Virus record (IMG/VR): IMGVR_UViG_3300045988_076504 | Span: 36,080 to 100,079 of that record | Strand: one strand, 5' to 3' | Origin: a virus | DNA length: 64,000 bases | Part shown: piece by piece, positions 1-12,300 of the stretch | How the letters are laid out: each line of letters starts with the position of its first letter | Position numbering within the stretch: the stretch's first letter is position 1 | Notes under the pieces: model-generated | The model's database searches: none | What the model saw: only the letters and a program-made list of their open reading frames with translations | Told to the model about the DNA's origin: nothing | Program-made: the position numbers and the translations under genes

Positions 1-260
1 ACTCTACTGATACCCGCAATAAGTGGACAAAGTGGGCTATAATAGACGTAGATACAATGTACACTACAAACAGGTCAAATATGAATAGTGTTTACAAATA
101 GCTGGGTAAACAACTACTTAGTAATTTGAGCGTGGATACGAATGGAAAAATCACATTCAGTTCTACTTATTCCGGAACAAGTACAGCAGGAATCAAATCA
201 CAATCTAAAGATATATTAACACCTATACTAAAATCGGAAATTACTACATTATTTAATTGA
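1..260 (+). CDS. C-terminal part of a late virion/tail protein (5' end lies outside the window)
   Basis: Frame 3 is open from the window edge to TGA 258-260 if TAG 99-101 is read as sense. It is co-oriented with the next late gene and 6 nt upstream of it. Confidence 0.5.
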
Positions 261-266
261 TAAAAT

Positions 267-914
267 ATGGCACAATATTTAGATTTAAACGGATTGCGTA
301 CGGTTGTAGACAATATAAAAAACATTAAATCCCCTGTTTGTTTACCTACTTACGATAGGCGTTCCTCCTTATCATCCACAGCAACTGTGAAAAATGAAAC
401 TGCCTCCTCATATACACTTATTATGTATGATACGAGGAGCTTGAGGTTTTTAGCATTGTCGAATGGAGCATTTTACACCAGGTGGGATTCTAATTCGAAA
501 CATTTGAGTTACGATTGTTATGGAACACCATTGGACACTGGTGTACAACCTAAATTTGGATATTTATATGCAAATGTATTTGATAATACATTATAGTTAG
601 GTGGAACAAATGGACAACTTAAAAATGTGGCAAATTATACAGCCCCAACAACATGGACTACTGTAACAACGTCTCCTATAAGTGGTGGGGATACAATTAC
701 AAAAATGGAAAAAAGCGATACTGGAAATGGTACATATTTGTGGAGAATAACTGTAAAAAATCCAAATGCGGACGCTTGTGACTTTCTCGTATAGGATGCT
801 GCCGGCAATAATTTCATACAGTATGGTATATATTTAGAAGGTAAGCAGTCTGGTACGTTTACAATAGAATTACCAAAAACAACTCCAAATGACCGTTTTT
901 ACGTCACAACATAA
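267..914 (+). CDS. Late structural protein of unknown function, 215 aa, with 2 in-frame TAG
   Basis: ATG 267. Track ORF 267..596 stops at TAG 594-596. The same frame stays open through TAG 792-794 to TAA 912-914. The antisense track ORF 635..817 is a shadow. Confidence 0.65.
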
Positions 915-971
915 TATATTTTAACATATTTTATCAAAAAATTGTACATTGATGCAACCATAAACGCATAA

Positions 972-1035
972 ATTTCCGTTATGGAAATATCAGCGGTAGC
1001 ACTTAGCTACCAGATTTATAGGTGTGCGAACACCT
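972..1035 (+). other. Three tandem perfect 6-bp stem-loops in a late intergenic region
   Basis: atttcc(972-977)/ggaaat(983-988) with loop gttat. ggtagc(995-1000)/gctacc(1006-1011) with loop actta. aggtgt(1020-1025)/acacct(1030-1035) with GNRA loop gcga. A 14-nt palindrome taacttgcaagtta follows at 1047-1060. Confidence 0.5.
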
Positions 1036-1197
1036 GTAAATCCCTATAACTTGCAAGTTATTTTATGAAGGTTCATAGCCATTTTTTAATTAATCCTTTT
1101 ATTTCTTTTAACTACGGAAGATAAAATAACTGAGAAGGTTTATTGTTACGATCATCCGAGCGCATACAATAACCACGACGCTCTTGCTATAGCAGCT

Positions 1198-1947
1198 ATG
1201 GCAGGACGCAATAATGAAGATCCGTTGGCAATGGCATCTATGATGAATAACAACTAGTGGATGAACAATCCTTTTATCTATTTGGTATTCCTCATGATGT
1301 TCGGTAATGGAGGTTTCTGGGGTAACCGTAATGGTCTCCAAGGAGCTGAAATTCAAGGACAGCTTGATTCTCTGCGTAATCAGATGGCAGATAACCAGAA
1401 TAGCAACTTAATTATGGGAGCTATTCAAGGTAATAACTGTGATCTGAAAGCTCTTGCTTCAAATCTTAACTGTGATTTCAACCAGTTACAAAACTCTGTT
1501 TGTGCGGTACGTTCCGCAATTGAACAGGTTGGTGGAAAGATCGGTTATAGCGCAGAACGAGTAATCAATGCAGCTAACTTAGGTGATATGAATATAATTC
1601 AGCAACTTAAGGACTGCTGCTGCCAGACCCAACAGAACATTATCAAGATGGGTTATGAGCAGTAGCTCGCAACATGTAATCAGACTAACACTTTGCAGAA
1701 TGCAATCCAGTATGTGGCAACAGGCGTTGAACGAGGATTCGCTGCATCAAGTTTCCAGAACGCACAAGATAAATGTGATATAATCCGTTCTAGCCAGGAT
1801 AATACTCAACGTATCATAGATACATTGAATAATCACTGGCAGTGTGATTTACAATAGAGGTATAATGATGCAAGACTAGAGCTCAGTCAGCAGAAACAGA
1901 ATGCTACGTTAATCGCAGCTCTGAAACCTGCTGCAGCTGCTGCATAA
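1198..1947 (+). CDS. Cys-rich late protein of unknown function (~249 aa, 3 in-frame TAG; start could be 1198, 1231, 1240 or 1261)
   Basis: The frame is open from 1090. TAGs lie at 1255-1257, 1663-1665 and 1855-1857. The stop is TAA 1945-1947, followed directly by a strong terminator. Confidence 0.6.
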
Positions 1948-1960
1948 AATGGTTAATAGA

Positions 1961-1997
1961 AGGGAGAGGGACAATATCCCTTTCCCTTTTTTGTTTT
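1961..1997 (+). terminator. Rho-independent terminator
   Basis: A 10-11 bp stem, gggagaggga(1962-1971)/tccctttccc(1977-1986), with loop caata, followed by ttttttgtttt. Confidence 0.8.
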
Positions 1998-2014
1998 ATT
2001 TAAATTTACAAACT

Positions 2015-2500
2015 ATGTTGTTTAAAGATTTGAATCCAAATTATCCGATATTTATCTTCAATAAAACAGATATTACTGTACAGGAAGGTAAAGTTATAAA
2101 CAAAGGTCTTCCGCATTTTGATATGTTGCATAACACTACTTCTGCGATGGTTACAGATATAACTATCAAAGCTGGAGATGTTACAAAAACATATACATTT
2201 AAAGACGATACTGAAATAGGGTATGCTGAAAACCTTGTAATATCTCCAAATAGAGATGCTATATTACGTGAGGTAGAATCTATCAAAGATCAATCTGAAC
2301 AAGTTCTTAACCAAATTGATCTACATAAAGCAACAGTAGAAAAATGTAACAAAGTATTGTCCGAGTTTAATCCGGTGTTTAAAGAGAAGAAAGAAACAGA
2401 ACAACGTTTCTCAAAACTTGAATCTTCTGTTGAAGATATTAAAACAATGATTTCAAATCTTTCAAACACTATAAACAATAATAACAATGGACAAGTCTAA
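2015..2500 (+). CDS. Late protein of unknown function with a coiled-coil C-terminus (161 aa)
   Basis: ATG 2015 is the first start after the terminator and shares its frame with track ORF 1949..2500. The stop is TAA. Confidence 0.6.
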   Translation: MLFKDLNPNYPIFIFNKTDITVQEGKVINKGLPHFDMLHNTTSAMVTDITIKAGDVTKTYTFKDDTEIGYAENLVISPNRDAILREVESIKDQSEQVLNQIDLHKATVEKCNKVLSEFNPVFKEKKETEQRFSKLESSVEDIKTMISNLSNTINNNNNGQV

Positions 2501-2984
2501 AATGAAAATGCACATAGACAGAATATCTTCTTTAATGGAAGAGCATAGTGATTCTGAAGTAAAGTGCGCAATAGTAAAAACGATCATGTCTTATCTATCA
2601 AAATGTGATGATAATACAATAAATGAGTTGTTAGATTGTACTGAAGGTTTATGTAATTATAATAACTTCTTAACGCAAAAGGAAGCATATGAAATACTAA
2701 ACAAGTTTAAAAACTCGAATGGTAGTTCTGGTGCCCCTTTAAACATGTCAATACTTGAAACGCTTAAAGATGAAAACAAGTGCATAGACGATGCTCCAAA
2801 TTATAATAAATGGGCATTATATGTCACAATGTGCAAGTTTGCATCGGATCAAGGAGAGGTTATTTCTAAACTTGTGAACAATGATCATAATGCTTATATT
2901 AGTGCTTGTTATGATATGTCTGTTGCTCAGCTTAAAGATGCTGACAGACCGAGATGGGTAAGACAATACTTTAATTTATTTTAA
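2487..2984 (+). CDS. Late protein of unknown function (165 aa)
   Basis: Intact track ORF. It overlaps the upstream gene by 14 nt and ends 2 nt before the next ATG. Confidence 0.6.
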   Translation: MDKSKMKMHIDRISSLMEEHSDSEVKCAIVKTIMSYLSKCDDNTINELLDCTEGLCNYNNFLTQKEAYEILNKFKNSNGSSGAPLNMSILETLKDENKCIDDAPNYNKWALYVTMCKFASDQGEVISKLVNNDHNAYISACYDMSVAQLKDADRPRWVRQYFNLF

Positions 2985-2986
2985 AT

Positions 2987-5866
2987 ATGAAAATTCAAAA
3001 GAAGCAAGAAATTGAATTCTTTGGTACCAAAACAGGCAATGCTAATTCTATCGCTTTAGGCTACGCAACTGAGACTAAGAACTTCGGGGAAGTTGCTGTA
3101 GGTGTAATGAATAAGTCTACCGCTGCTAAAGATCCAAATAGCCCAAAAGGCGTTTGCGCTGATTCTGATGCCACTTTGTTCTCTGTTGGATGTGGTGGAA
3201 GCGGGGAACGAAAGAACGCGTTAGAAGTAAAAGGAGACGGCTCTGTGTTGATTTCTGGAGAGAATGGTGATATAAATGTTGCCGATAAAATTAAGCAGGC
3301 TCTCGATACAGATGCAAGCATTGAACTTGTTAAATCTACAGAGAGTGATCTCCAGTATACACTTATGGTTAACAACGAGTCACGTGGAAGCATAAATATT
3401 CCAAAAGATCAATTCTTGAAGAATGTAACGTATGATACTGAAGCTAAACAGCTTGTATTTACGTTTGTAACACTTGATGAGGAAGAGCATGTAGAGAAAA
3501 TATCTATCAACGATCTGAAAGATGTCTATACAGCTGGTGATGGTATTAACATAGATAATAATGTAATATCTGCTGATTTTAGTTCTGTCATGACAGCTAT
3601 ATCTGATGAAAAGACTTAGAGGGAAACGACTGATAACGAAATAAAGTCTACATTAGATACTAAAGCTGATTTAAATAATGCCATAACTTATCGTTCAGAT
3701 AATATAAGTGGATTATTTAACAACGATGGAAACAAACAAGAATCTTATGGTTATCGTTGTGTGGATATAGGTTTTAATAATGTAAGAAACTTTAGCAATA
3801 CTTGCATTTCTATAGGTAGCGATAACAACCAACTTGAAAGAGGCGATAACACTATTTGTATGGGTACATCAAACACTTTTAACTATGGTAGTGTTTGTGT
3901 TGGAGACAATATAAAATCCAGATATACTAATTCTATATATATTGGAAGTGGAATAACCACAAAACAAGACACCTTTGGTTCACTTAACACTATAATTGGC
4001 AGTTATGACGGTTTAAATGTTGCTTGTACACCGATTGGATTTATTAGCGTTGGGTTCGGACCTCGTGCCGACAAAGACGGAAAAGTACTTTATCAAATCG
4101 GAGCTCATCATGCTACAGATTATAACAAAGATAATTATAATCTAGAAGAAACCCTTACTTCTGATTACGATCATAAAAAGTATATTTATGGTATTGGTGG
4201 TTATGATGGTACAGACCCTGTAACAACTAAAGCTAAATCTCTTCAAGAAGTCTTAGATACTAAAGCTAACAAAACAGATGTAAATAGTCGTTTAGATGAT
4301 TTACAAAACCGTTGTTTTAAGTTTGGAATTGATGGTAGCATAGCAGCTCCATATAAAGGAATACCTACAGATGATTCAAAACTAAAGATTAAAACATTAA
4401 AGGATAATCAAGAATATACTTATGTTAACGTAAGTGGTATTTTAGAGCCTGGAGACCCAGCTTATAATTGTATATATGATAAAACTCTCGATAAAACCAT
4501 TAATATTATAACTAGTGATGACTTTATTCCAACAAATAAAGAAGGTGATTTTTTTAAAACATCTGAATCTCTTGATTTAACTCACACATTTTATCTTGAT
4601 AATGAAAAGACAGGTATTGTTGATAATCTTACTCAACTTACCATTGAAGAAACTAATGTTTTTGTAAATTTTCCGTATGTGGAAATTAATGATAATCTTA
4701 ATGACAGTGAAGTACCACAATACATATATGATGCAACTGATAATAAATGGATAGAAGTTGTTGATACATTTTATACCAGTTCGTATGTTGGTTTTAATAC
4801 AGAAGAACCATTAGATTTGACACATGAATTTTATAATAATGTTATAGGAAATTGGACAAGCGTTGGAGAACACTCTACAGCATTAGGTTGTTATGCGTAT
4901 TCAGGTGGAAACGAATCTATAGCATTAGGATGTTTTACAACAGTAAACGGCAATGGTTCTACATGTTTAGGATATAATTCACAAGTAGATGGAGACGAAT
5001 CTATTGTATTAGGATATAATTCATCATCAAAGGCGAGTTATAATGTAGTATTAGGACGAAAAATAAAATCTTACGCAGGTGCGTCTAATAGTGTAGCAAT
5101 AGGAACTGGTCTAACTGTAAATGGAAATCATGCTATCGGGATAGGAGATGGAATAGATTTAAATAATGATAGGAGTATAGCAATAGGAGATGTTAGCTAT
5201 GTATCTGTTGGAGCTATAGCTATTGGTAATAATAATAATGCAACAGGAGACACGTCTATAGCTATTGGAGATACCACTCGCTCAAAGGGTAACTATTCTA
5301 CATGTATTGGTTATCGTGCAAATGCAACCGGTCTTAATTCTTCAGCTTTAGGTGCTTATTCAAGTACTGGTGGAGATTATGCTATAGCTCTTGGTAAAAA
5401 CATGTCAAATACTAAATCAATATTTGGTGTTGGTTTTAATGGTGTGAATGGTATCGATATGGATAGAGATAATTATGGTCTTTATCTTAAAGGTTTTGGT
5501 GGTTATGATGGAACTAATCTTGTAGTACCGAGTGGAAATACTGAAACTCTCAATCCTGGTATTAAAAGTGTTCAGCAAATAATTAATGAAAAAGCTGATG
5601 CTTCTGCTTATTATACTAAGACTGAAATAGATGGTAAGGGTTATCTTACAGCTCACCAATCATTGGATGATTATGCTAAGAAAACTGAAATACCTAATGT
5701 TAGTACCAAAGCCGATCTCGTTGATGGTAAATTAAAAGCAGAACAATTACCTAAGCTCGATAATATTGCGGAAGCCACCACAACAGAAGACATGATAACC
5801 AAATTCAACGATTTACTTGCCGATTTGAAAGCTAAAGGTTATATGACTGCCGACATAACAACATAA
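2987..5866 (+). CDS. Tail fibre/spike protein with YadA-head-like beta-roll repeats (959 aa, 1 in-frame TAG)
   Basis: Track ORFs 2987..3619 and 3761..5866 share a frame and are joined through TAG 3617-3619. Repeats of the type NSIALG / ESIVLG / NSVAIG / RSIAIG / TSIAIG / SSALG / YAIALG occur at the N-terminus and across 4860-5400. Confidence 0.75.
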
Positions 5867-5873
5867 TCATTTT

Positions 5874-6305
5874 ATGACATTTAATATTAATAATACCACT
5901 ATCAAAGGGATATGTAATTTCGAAGGATTAGTACTTACCGCATATAAATGTCCAGCTGGAGTTTGGACAATTGGATATGGACATACTAAAGGAGTTAAAA
6001 AAGGACAAAAGATAACAAGAGAACAAGCTGTAGAATATTTAAAATAGGACGTTCAGCCTATTGTAAGCTACTTAAATAAGCTTGGCGTGTGCAAGACACA
6101 AGGTTAGTTCGGAGCTTTAGTTAGTTTTATATTCAATTTAGGCGTTGGTAATTTTTAGAAATCGACACTATTTAAATATATTAAACAAGGTAAATCTGAC
6201 GACATGATATGTAATTAGTTCATGCGTTGGACAAAAGGTGGCGGTAAAGTACTACCAGGATTAGTAAAACGAAGATAGTGGGAGTGTAACATGTGGAGAA
6301 GCTAA
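5874..6305 (+). CDS. Endolysin, GH24 phage lysozyme family (143 aa, 5 in-frame TAG)
   Basis: Reading TAG as Q gives NFEGLVLTAYKCPAGVWTIGYGHT ... QFGALVSFIFNLGVGNF ... LPGLVKRRQWE, which carries the lysozyme signatures. It is missing from the ORF track because it is cut into pieces under 60 aa. The stop is TAA 6303-6305. Confidence 0.85.
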
Positions 6306-6306
6306 T

Positions 6307-6822
6307 ATGAATAACATACTTACTTAGATTGGATATATGTTCAATTCTATATGTGGACAAAGCCAATGGGCTAAGTTATGGCTTGGAGCGAGTGCGTTGC
6401 TCACAGCATACGTTGTCCCTATAGTAGGATTATTAGTCGCTTGTTTTGCATTTACTACCGTAGATATGATCTATGGTATAAAAGTAGCAAAAAAGCTAGG
6501 ACAAAAAATCACTAGTAAGAAAAATTGGCGTGGTACACTCTAGAAAATAAAGGATGAATTCACCATTATATTATTAGCACATTTGTTGGAATACGTTGTG
6601 CTAAACGATCAGATACCATTTGTACTAACAGGCGGCACTACAGTTATAATATGTTTAACTGAATTATGGTCTATTCTTGAGAATTTACATACATTGGATC
6701 CAAACGGTCCGTGGAGATCTTTAGGTATGTTTTTAAAGAAAAAAGGTGGTGAATATACAGGGATTGAAATTAATAATAAAAACGATGATACAAGCGATAA
6801 TAACGTGGTTATTAAACCATAA
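6307..6822 (+). CDS. Holin (LL-H/TcdE-like phage_holin_4 type; 171 aa, 2 in-frame TAG)
   Basis: Track ORFs 6337..6543 and 6583..6822 share a frame and are joined by TAG 6541-6543. It has TM segments, the motif TTVDMIYGIKVAKKLGQKITSKK, and TELWSILENL. It lies immediately after the endolysin. Confidence 0.7.
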
Positions 6823-7429
6823 AAGAATCGCTGTAGAAGCCTTTTTAAGCCTTTGTGTGACATTATCTGTTTTGTATGGAATAACTATACATAAACAGAA
6901 TTAGAAGCTTACAGAGAGCTTAGAAATAGCTCAGAATAACATTGAAGCCTATTAGGGGTTGTTAAACAACTCTTAGTAGGCTTGTAATGTTTTATAGCTA
7001 GACATGTCTAAACTAAAAGAATCTAACGATAAATTAATACAACAAATAGACAGTGTTCGTAAAGAAAATAAAATTTCTTCAAAAGGTTTAACTACAGCAG
7101 CAACCCAAACGTAGGTTTTAAACGTTAATAGTAGTAAGGGGGTAGGGGGTTAGGTTATAGTTACTAAAGATACTATATATACAGATAGTATTAAATATAA
7201 CGACTTAACCAATGTATATTATAGTATAAGTAAAGACAGTATTTCTATAAGATTAGATGTACGTAATACTTAGTATCTATACATATATAAGAAAAAAGAA
7301 TATAAAAATAAGAAAAACTTCTTTAAACGTTTGTTTACATTAGATTTCAAAAAGGTTACTAAGTACAAGTACAAAATAGTAAATACTAACGAATTACTTA
7401 AAGGGGAAGATATAAGAATTATAGAATAA
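6785..7429 (+). CDS. Spanin-like protein with an N-terminal TM helix plus coiled coil (214 aa, 8 in-frame TAG)
   Basis: ATG 6785 overlaps the holin 3' end in another frame. The N-terminus is AVEAFLSLCVTLSVLYGITI, followed by heptad-like sequence. The stop is TAA 7427-7429. It is invisible under the standard code. Confidence 0.6.
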
Positions 7430-7436
7430 CAATAAT

Positions 7437-8120
7437 ATGAAATTATTTACATTACGTAGTATAGTAGATGATGTTCTACTAATGATTAGAAATAATAATG
7501 TAAGTGAAAGTGAAGACTTCTCAAGAGCTTAGATAGCTCTATGGGTGTTAGCATATAAAGCTGCAATTCTTAAACGAAAACAAGAGAAAGATAAAGAAGC
7601 TGGAAAGAGCGATGAGGATGAAGATGACGATATAACGAAAACAATAGGTCCTGTCGAACTTGTAGACGAAGAGTCTTTAGACGGTACCTGTTTATATAGA
7701 AAAAGAACAAAGGATAAACTTCCAGAATTGTCAGGATCTAGCGATTGCAGTATTATAAGTGTACAGGACCAAGAAGGATGTCCGATACAAAAAATGAATG
7801 AGAAACGCAGACATTTTCACTTCTTTAGAAAATATACATTTGGAGAATTAGCATGGTGGTATGAAGACGAATACGTCTATTTAGAAGGTCTTACGGATCT
7901 AAATAGGTTACGTTATATATGGATCAGCGGAGTGTTTACAGGAGCTGATTCTAATGTAGACGAAGATGATGTAAAAATACCAGGGTGGATGATACCAGAT
8001 ATAAAACAAATGATTATTAAGAACGAGCTCGGGTTTATATTACAAATGCCTAGTGACGATGATAACAACAGTACTATAGCGAGTGTAAAGCCAAGAGGTC
8101 CTCAGCAAGATGAAAAATAA
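7437..8120 (+). CDS. Late structural protein of unknown function with an acidic linker (227 aa, 1 TAG)
   Basis: ATG 7437 is in frame with track ORF 7545..8120 through TAG 7530-7532. Confidence 0.6.
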
Positions 8121-8562
8121 AAAATCATACACTACAAAAGATATGTATAAAGCATATCATAAAATCAACAAAGAAGTACCATACGTTCGTTTTAAGCGCA
8201 TTTTAGATAAATGTAATAAGATTATCCTAGATGCGCTTTTAATGCGTTCAGAACTAATTAAAATGCCTTCTGGGTTAGGTTATATTTGTATATGTAAATA
8301 TAAACCCAAGACATATACAGCTAAAAGTTTATCTGTAGATTATAAAGCATCTAAAGAATGTAACAAACGTATATATCACTTAAATGAACATTCCGATGGT
8401 TATAAATATCGTCTATTTTGGTCTAAGCAACCTAGAATTTTTCCAGATATATATAAATACAATTTAAGTCTTGTACGAACAAATAAACGAGCGTTGGCAC
8501 AATTAATATTTAACAATCACGACTATATAAATATAGATGATATACAAATATACAAAATGTGA
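8110..8562 (+). CDS. Small basic protein of unknown function (150 aa)
   Basis: Intact track ORF. It overlaps the upstream gene by 11 nt. Confidence 0.55.
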   Translation: MKNKKSYTTKDMYKAYHKINKEVPYVRFKRILDKCNKIILDALLMRSELIKMPSGLGYICICKYKPKTYTAKSLSVDYKASKECNKRIYHLNEHSDGYKYRLFWSKQPRIFPDIYKYNLSLVRTNKRALAQLIFNNHDYINIDDIQIYKM

Positions 8563-8581
8563 ATCTGTTATTGCAAAAATA

Positions 8582-9397
8582 ATGGCAGATTCTGACATGT
8601 CGGAAAAAAATATGAGAGTGACCGACATTAGAGAATGGATATTTGAAGCTATCGAACACATAGGAGCTCCGATGTAGTATATACAAAAAGAGTCTGGTCA
8701 AGATGATTGCCCTGTATTTGAAATACATGAAAATCAAATACCAATACCAGACGATTTACATACATTAAATGGAGTTGCATATTCAAATAATCCAGACGGT
8801 CCTTGGATACCAGTCAGATCTGAAACAGCTACATTCAAAGGACCTAAAAGACACTCGCACCCGCATCACGAACCAGAGCAACCAATGAGGTACAAATTAC
8901 CTACAACGCAAGCTCAATTTTATGGTAACAATCTTACCAAATATGTCACAGACAGAATCCCAAATGAGGAGAATGATGTTACGATGTTTACAAAACCTGG
9001 ATGGATTGTATTTAATAAACCGAAGGGATATGTAAAATTGTCATATAAAGCAATCGCAACTGATGAGCGAGGTTATCCATTAATACCAGATTTAGCATCG
9101 TATCAAGAAGCTGTATATTGGTATGTAATGTGGAAATTATCATTTAACAAATATTTAAAAGGAGAGCTTGGTGGAAGTGTACGTAATTCCCAACAGGTTT
9201 ACTTTTATTTACAACAACAATGGAATTTCTTTAGAAATTGTGCATATGCTGAAGCAATGATACCAACAGAAACAGACATGCGTTCTATCAAAAACGAATG
9301 GAATAAATTAATACCAGATTGGGACAGCGATGATAATTTCTTCAGCAGTGTCGGAAAGAGACAATTAAATTATAACGATTATTATTATGGATACTAA
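8582..9397 (+). CDS. Tail/connector-associated structural protein (271 aa, 1 TAG)
   Basis: ATG 8582 is in frame with track ORF 8885..9397 through one TAG (atg tag tat, ~8675). Confidence 0.6.
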
Positions 9398-12300
9398 TCA
9401 AAACAACACCTCAATTAATGTATTCAACAAGGGTATGAATACAGATGCTTCATATTCTAATATACAAGAAGGTCAGTATTTATACGCTGAGAATCTTAGA
9501 AATTATATGCTAAATGGAGACGCTGACGGCTTTAATACAAACCAATATGGATCTATACAGCCAATAGAGGGGTGTGACTGGGACAAACTTAATATTAAGC
9601 TTATTGATTTTGACGGAAACCCATTTCATATAGATTCTATTTTAGCTGCGGATACAATACGTAATATTGGTATTATAATAGTTAAAGGTTATGTAGAAGA
9701 TGAAAATTCAGAACAGTAGTTAGAGCAATGGGCTGTTGCGCGTGCAACATTATCTGATGAAAAAATACTGGAAGACATTAAAATAATATACTTGTCTGGA
9801 ACTGGTGTTAAAAATTAGTTAGACGGGGAAAAGGTGAGTATTGTATTAAAATACGAAACCGAAGAAAATATAAAACTGTATATCGCAGACGGTAAGCATT
9901 TCATGCTCGTATTGAATGTTGCTGAAGGCAATGATGGTCACAATGAAAAAATATCTGGGGATTTATCAAAAATAGAAAATATACAATGTGTATTTTTAAA
10001 TCCTATAAAGTTTTTAGGTCTTACTACAGGAAATCTTACAGCAGGCGTTGTCCAATATGCTTATAGACTATATGATCAAAACGGATCTGCAAGTCCAATG
10101 TCTTGTATTACAAACACAATACAGCTGGTACAAAATGAAGAAAACAGCGCTTCTAAAATAACAAAAGGTGGAAGTAAGGGTAAGTATATAGGATGTGGTG
10201 TAAAATTACAAATAAAATTAGAAAAGGAAGAAAACGCAGCATATAATCATATAGAAATATATAGAATATATTATGAAGAAGGAGGACAACTTCCGAAAGT
10301 TGGCGTAATATATAATAAAAAAATACCACAACTCGATACTTTAGACTATACTGATTTTGGTCAGGGATATTTGTCAGAAATAACAGTAGACGAATTTAAC
10401 AACATATCTGGAATACATATCATTCCGAAAGTATTGGAATCTAAAAACGGACGATTATTTGCAGCAAACATTAAAGATTCAGCATCATCACTAAACGATA
10501 TTGCAAATCACTTTGACGCTAGAGCATTTAGGTTCAATAGGTAGAATAAAACAGTATATTCACAGTACTCCGATCAAAACACTACGTATTCAAAAACAAG
10601 AGAAGATATAGATAAAGAGTCTTATTATGATAGTAAAAATGATACGTCTGATTATTTTAACGAATACAACGATGTAACAAAAACTTTTAATATCGAAGAT
10701 GATGTATGTAGACTTGGAGAACTTACGGAAGATGGAACTGGTGCATATTACGGAGGATACGGTAAAAATATAAAGTGGAGGTTTGTAATAACAGAATTAG
10801 TTGGAGATTATTCTAATGTAGGAAACCCACATGGAACGCGTTAGACAGATCCAGAATTTTTATATGAAAACGTCGGAGCTGTCGGAAATACGTTGATAAC
10901 AAATTATGAGGAAAGTAGTGATGGAGTAAAACCGTTATCATATGACAACAAACTGAAATACGGGTATGTTATATAGAACCTCGAAACTGGTGATAATTCT
11001 ATGGAATTGTAGGACGAGATTGATTATACAGATTTGTTTGAATCTTCAAATAAAACATGCACATATTCCAACTCATGTATATCTTATGGATTTAGATCTT
11101 TAAAAAGAGACGAACTGTATAGGTTTGGTATAGTATTGTATAACAAAAGAAACGAAGCTACGCCTGTTATGTGGATCGGTGATGTTAGAACACCTCCGTG
11201 TAATGAAAAATGTTTTGACACATATGAATCGAATGTACATAATACAAGTCTTGTTGTGAGACCTTTGGGTATTGAATTTAAAGTAGATCTAACAGATATA
11301 AATAAGTACATAGCTAAGAACGATGAATACAACGAATCGGATCAAATAGTAGCGTATGAAATAGTACGTTGTTACAGATCGTCCAAAGATGTTTAGAATA
11401 TAGCGCAAGGTGTATTATCAAGACCTGTAAGGAAAACAAAAAATGAGTACGCGGCAAATGTTAAGATAGATCCTGTGTATACACCAACAGGTATACTTAC
11501 AACACAATCGTATTGGAATGGGGAATCCTGGGTATCACATAATGGATGTCTTAAAAACGTGTGGGACGCTGGTAAGCTAAATGATGCAAATGGATATGAA
11601 GCAGATAATTTCGACAACCGTACATTGTTTTAGTTTATATGTCCAGAGGCTTGTTACAACGGAGATTACATGAAAAGCGTAATAGACAATACTAATTTGT
11701 CAATATAGCCGTTTTTTTATATATTCGGTCAAGGTAAAGGTAAAACACATGCGTTAGATACTTGTAACGAGCTCATAACTGTTAGTGCCGACAAATAGGA
11801 GCGTCCGAAAATAAAAGATCATATATTATTACAATCTTATTATTATACAAGTACAGCGTGGTCAAACAATCAACAACCACTACCTCCGTATGCTACATCT
11901 TTTGACATTGTAGATAAAGAGTCTATCAATATAAATGGAGCTGTTATTAAGCTAGATAGAAATCCGTATGTAGATTACGGGGTTGATTTAAAGACAGACC
12001 AATGGGATTATTTACCTGTAGATCAGTTTGTATTACGCTCATATGAATCTGGATTTATAGACGATCCTATAAAACTTGTATTGTTTGCTCCGAGTGGAGA
12101 ATCTAAACAAACATAGGAAAAGTACCCGAAATTAAAAGATAATCAACTGTTCTTCATATATGATTCTTACGGAAGAACAGCTATTAATTATTTTGAAAAC
12201 AAAGCGTGTACAAGGAACGGTCAAGATCTTATCGTTGGTGGCGGATTATACAATAATCCTGATATTAAGAATTATGGTTTTAGAAGGTCTGTAGACAGTT

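Noticed and set aside
4860-5400. Tail-fibre repeats considered as a diversity-generating retroelement target (VR/TR pair)
   Set aside because: The repeats are divergent protein-level motifs rather than a near-identical ~100-nt template/variable pair. No reverse transcriptase gene is present in the window.
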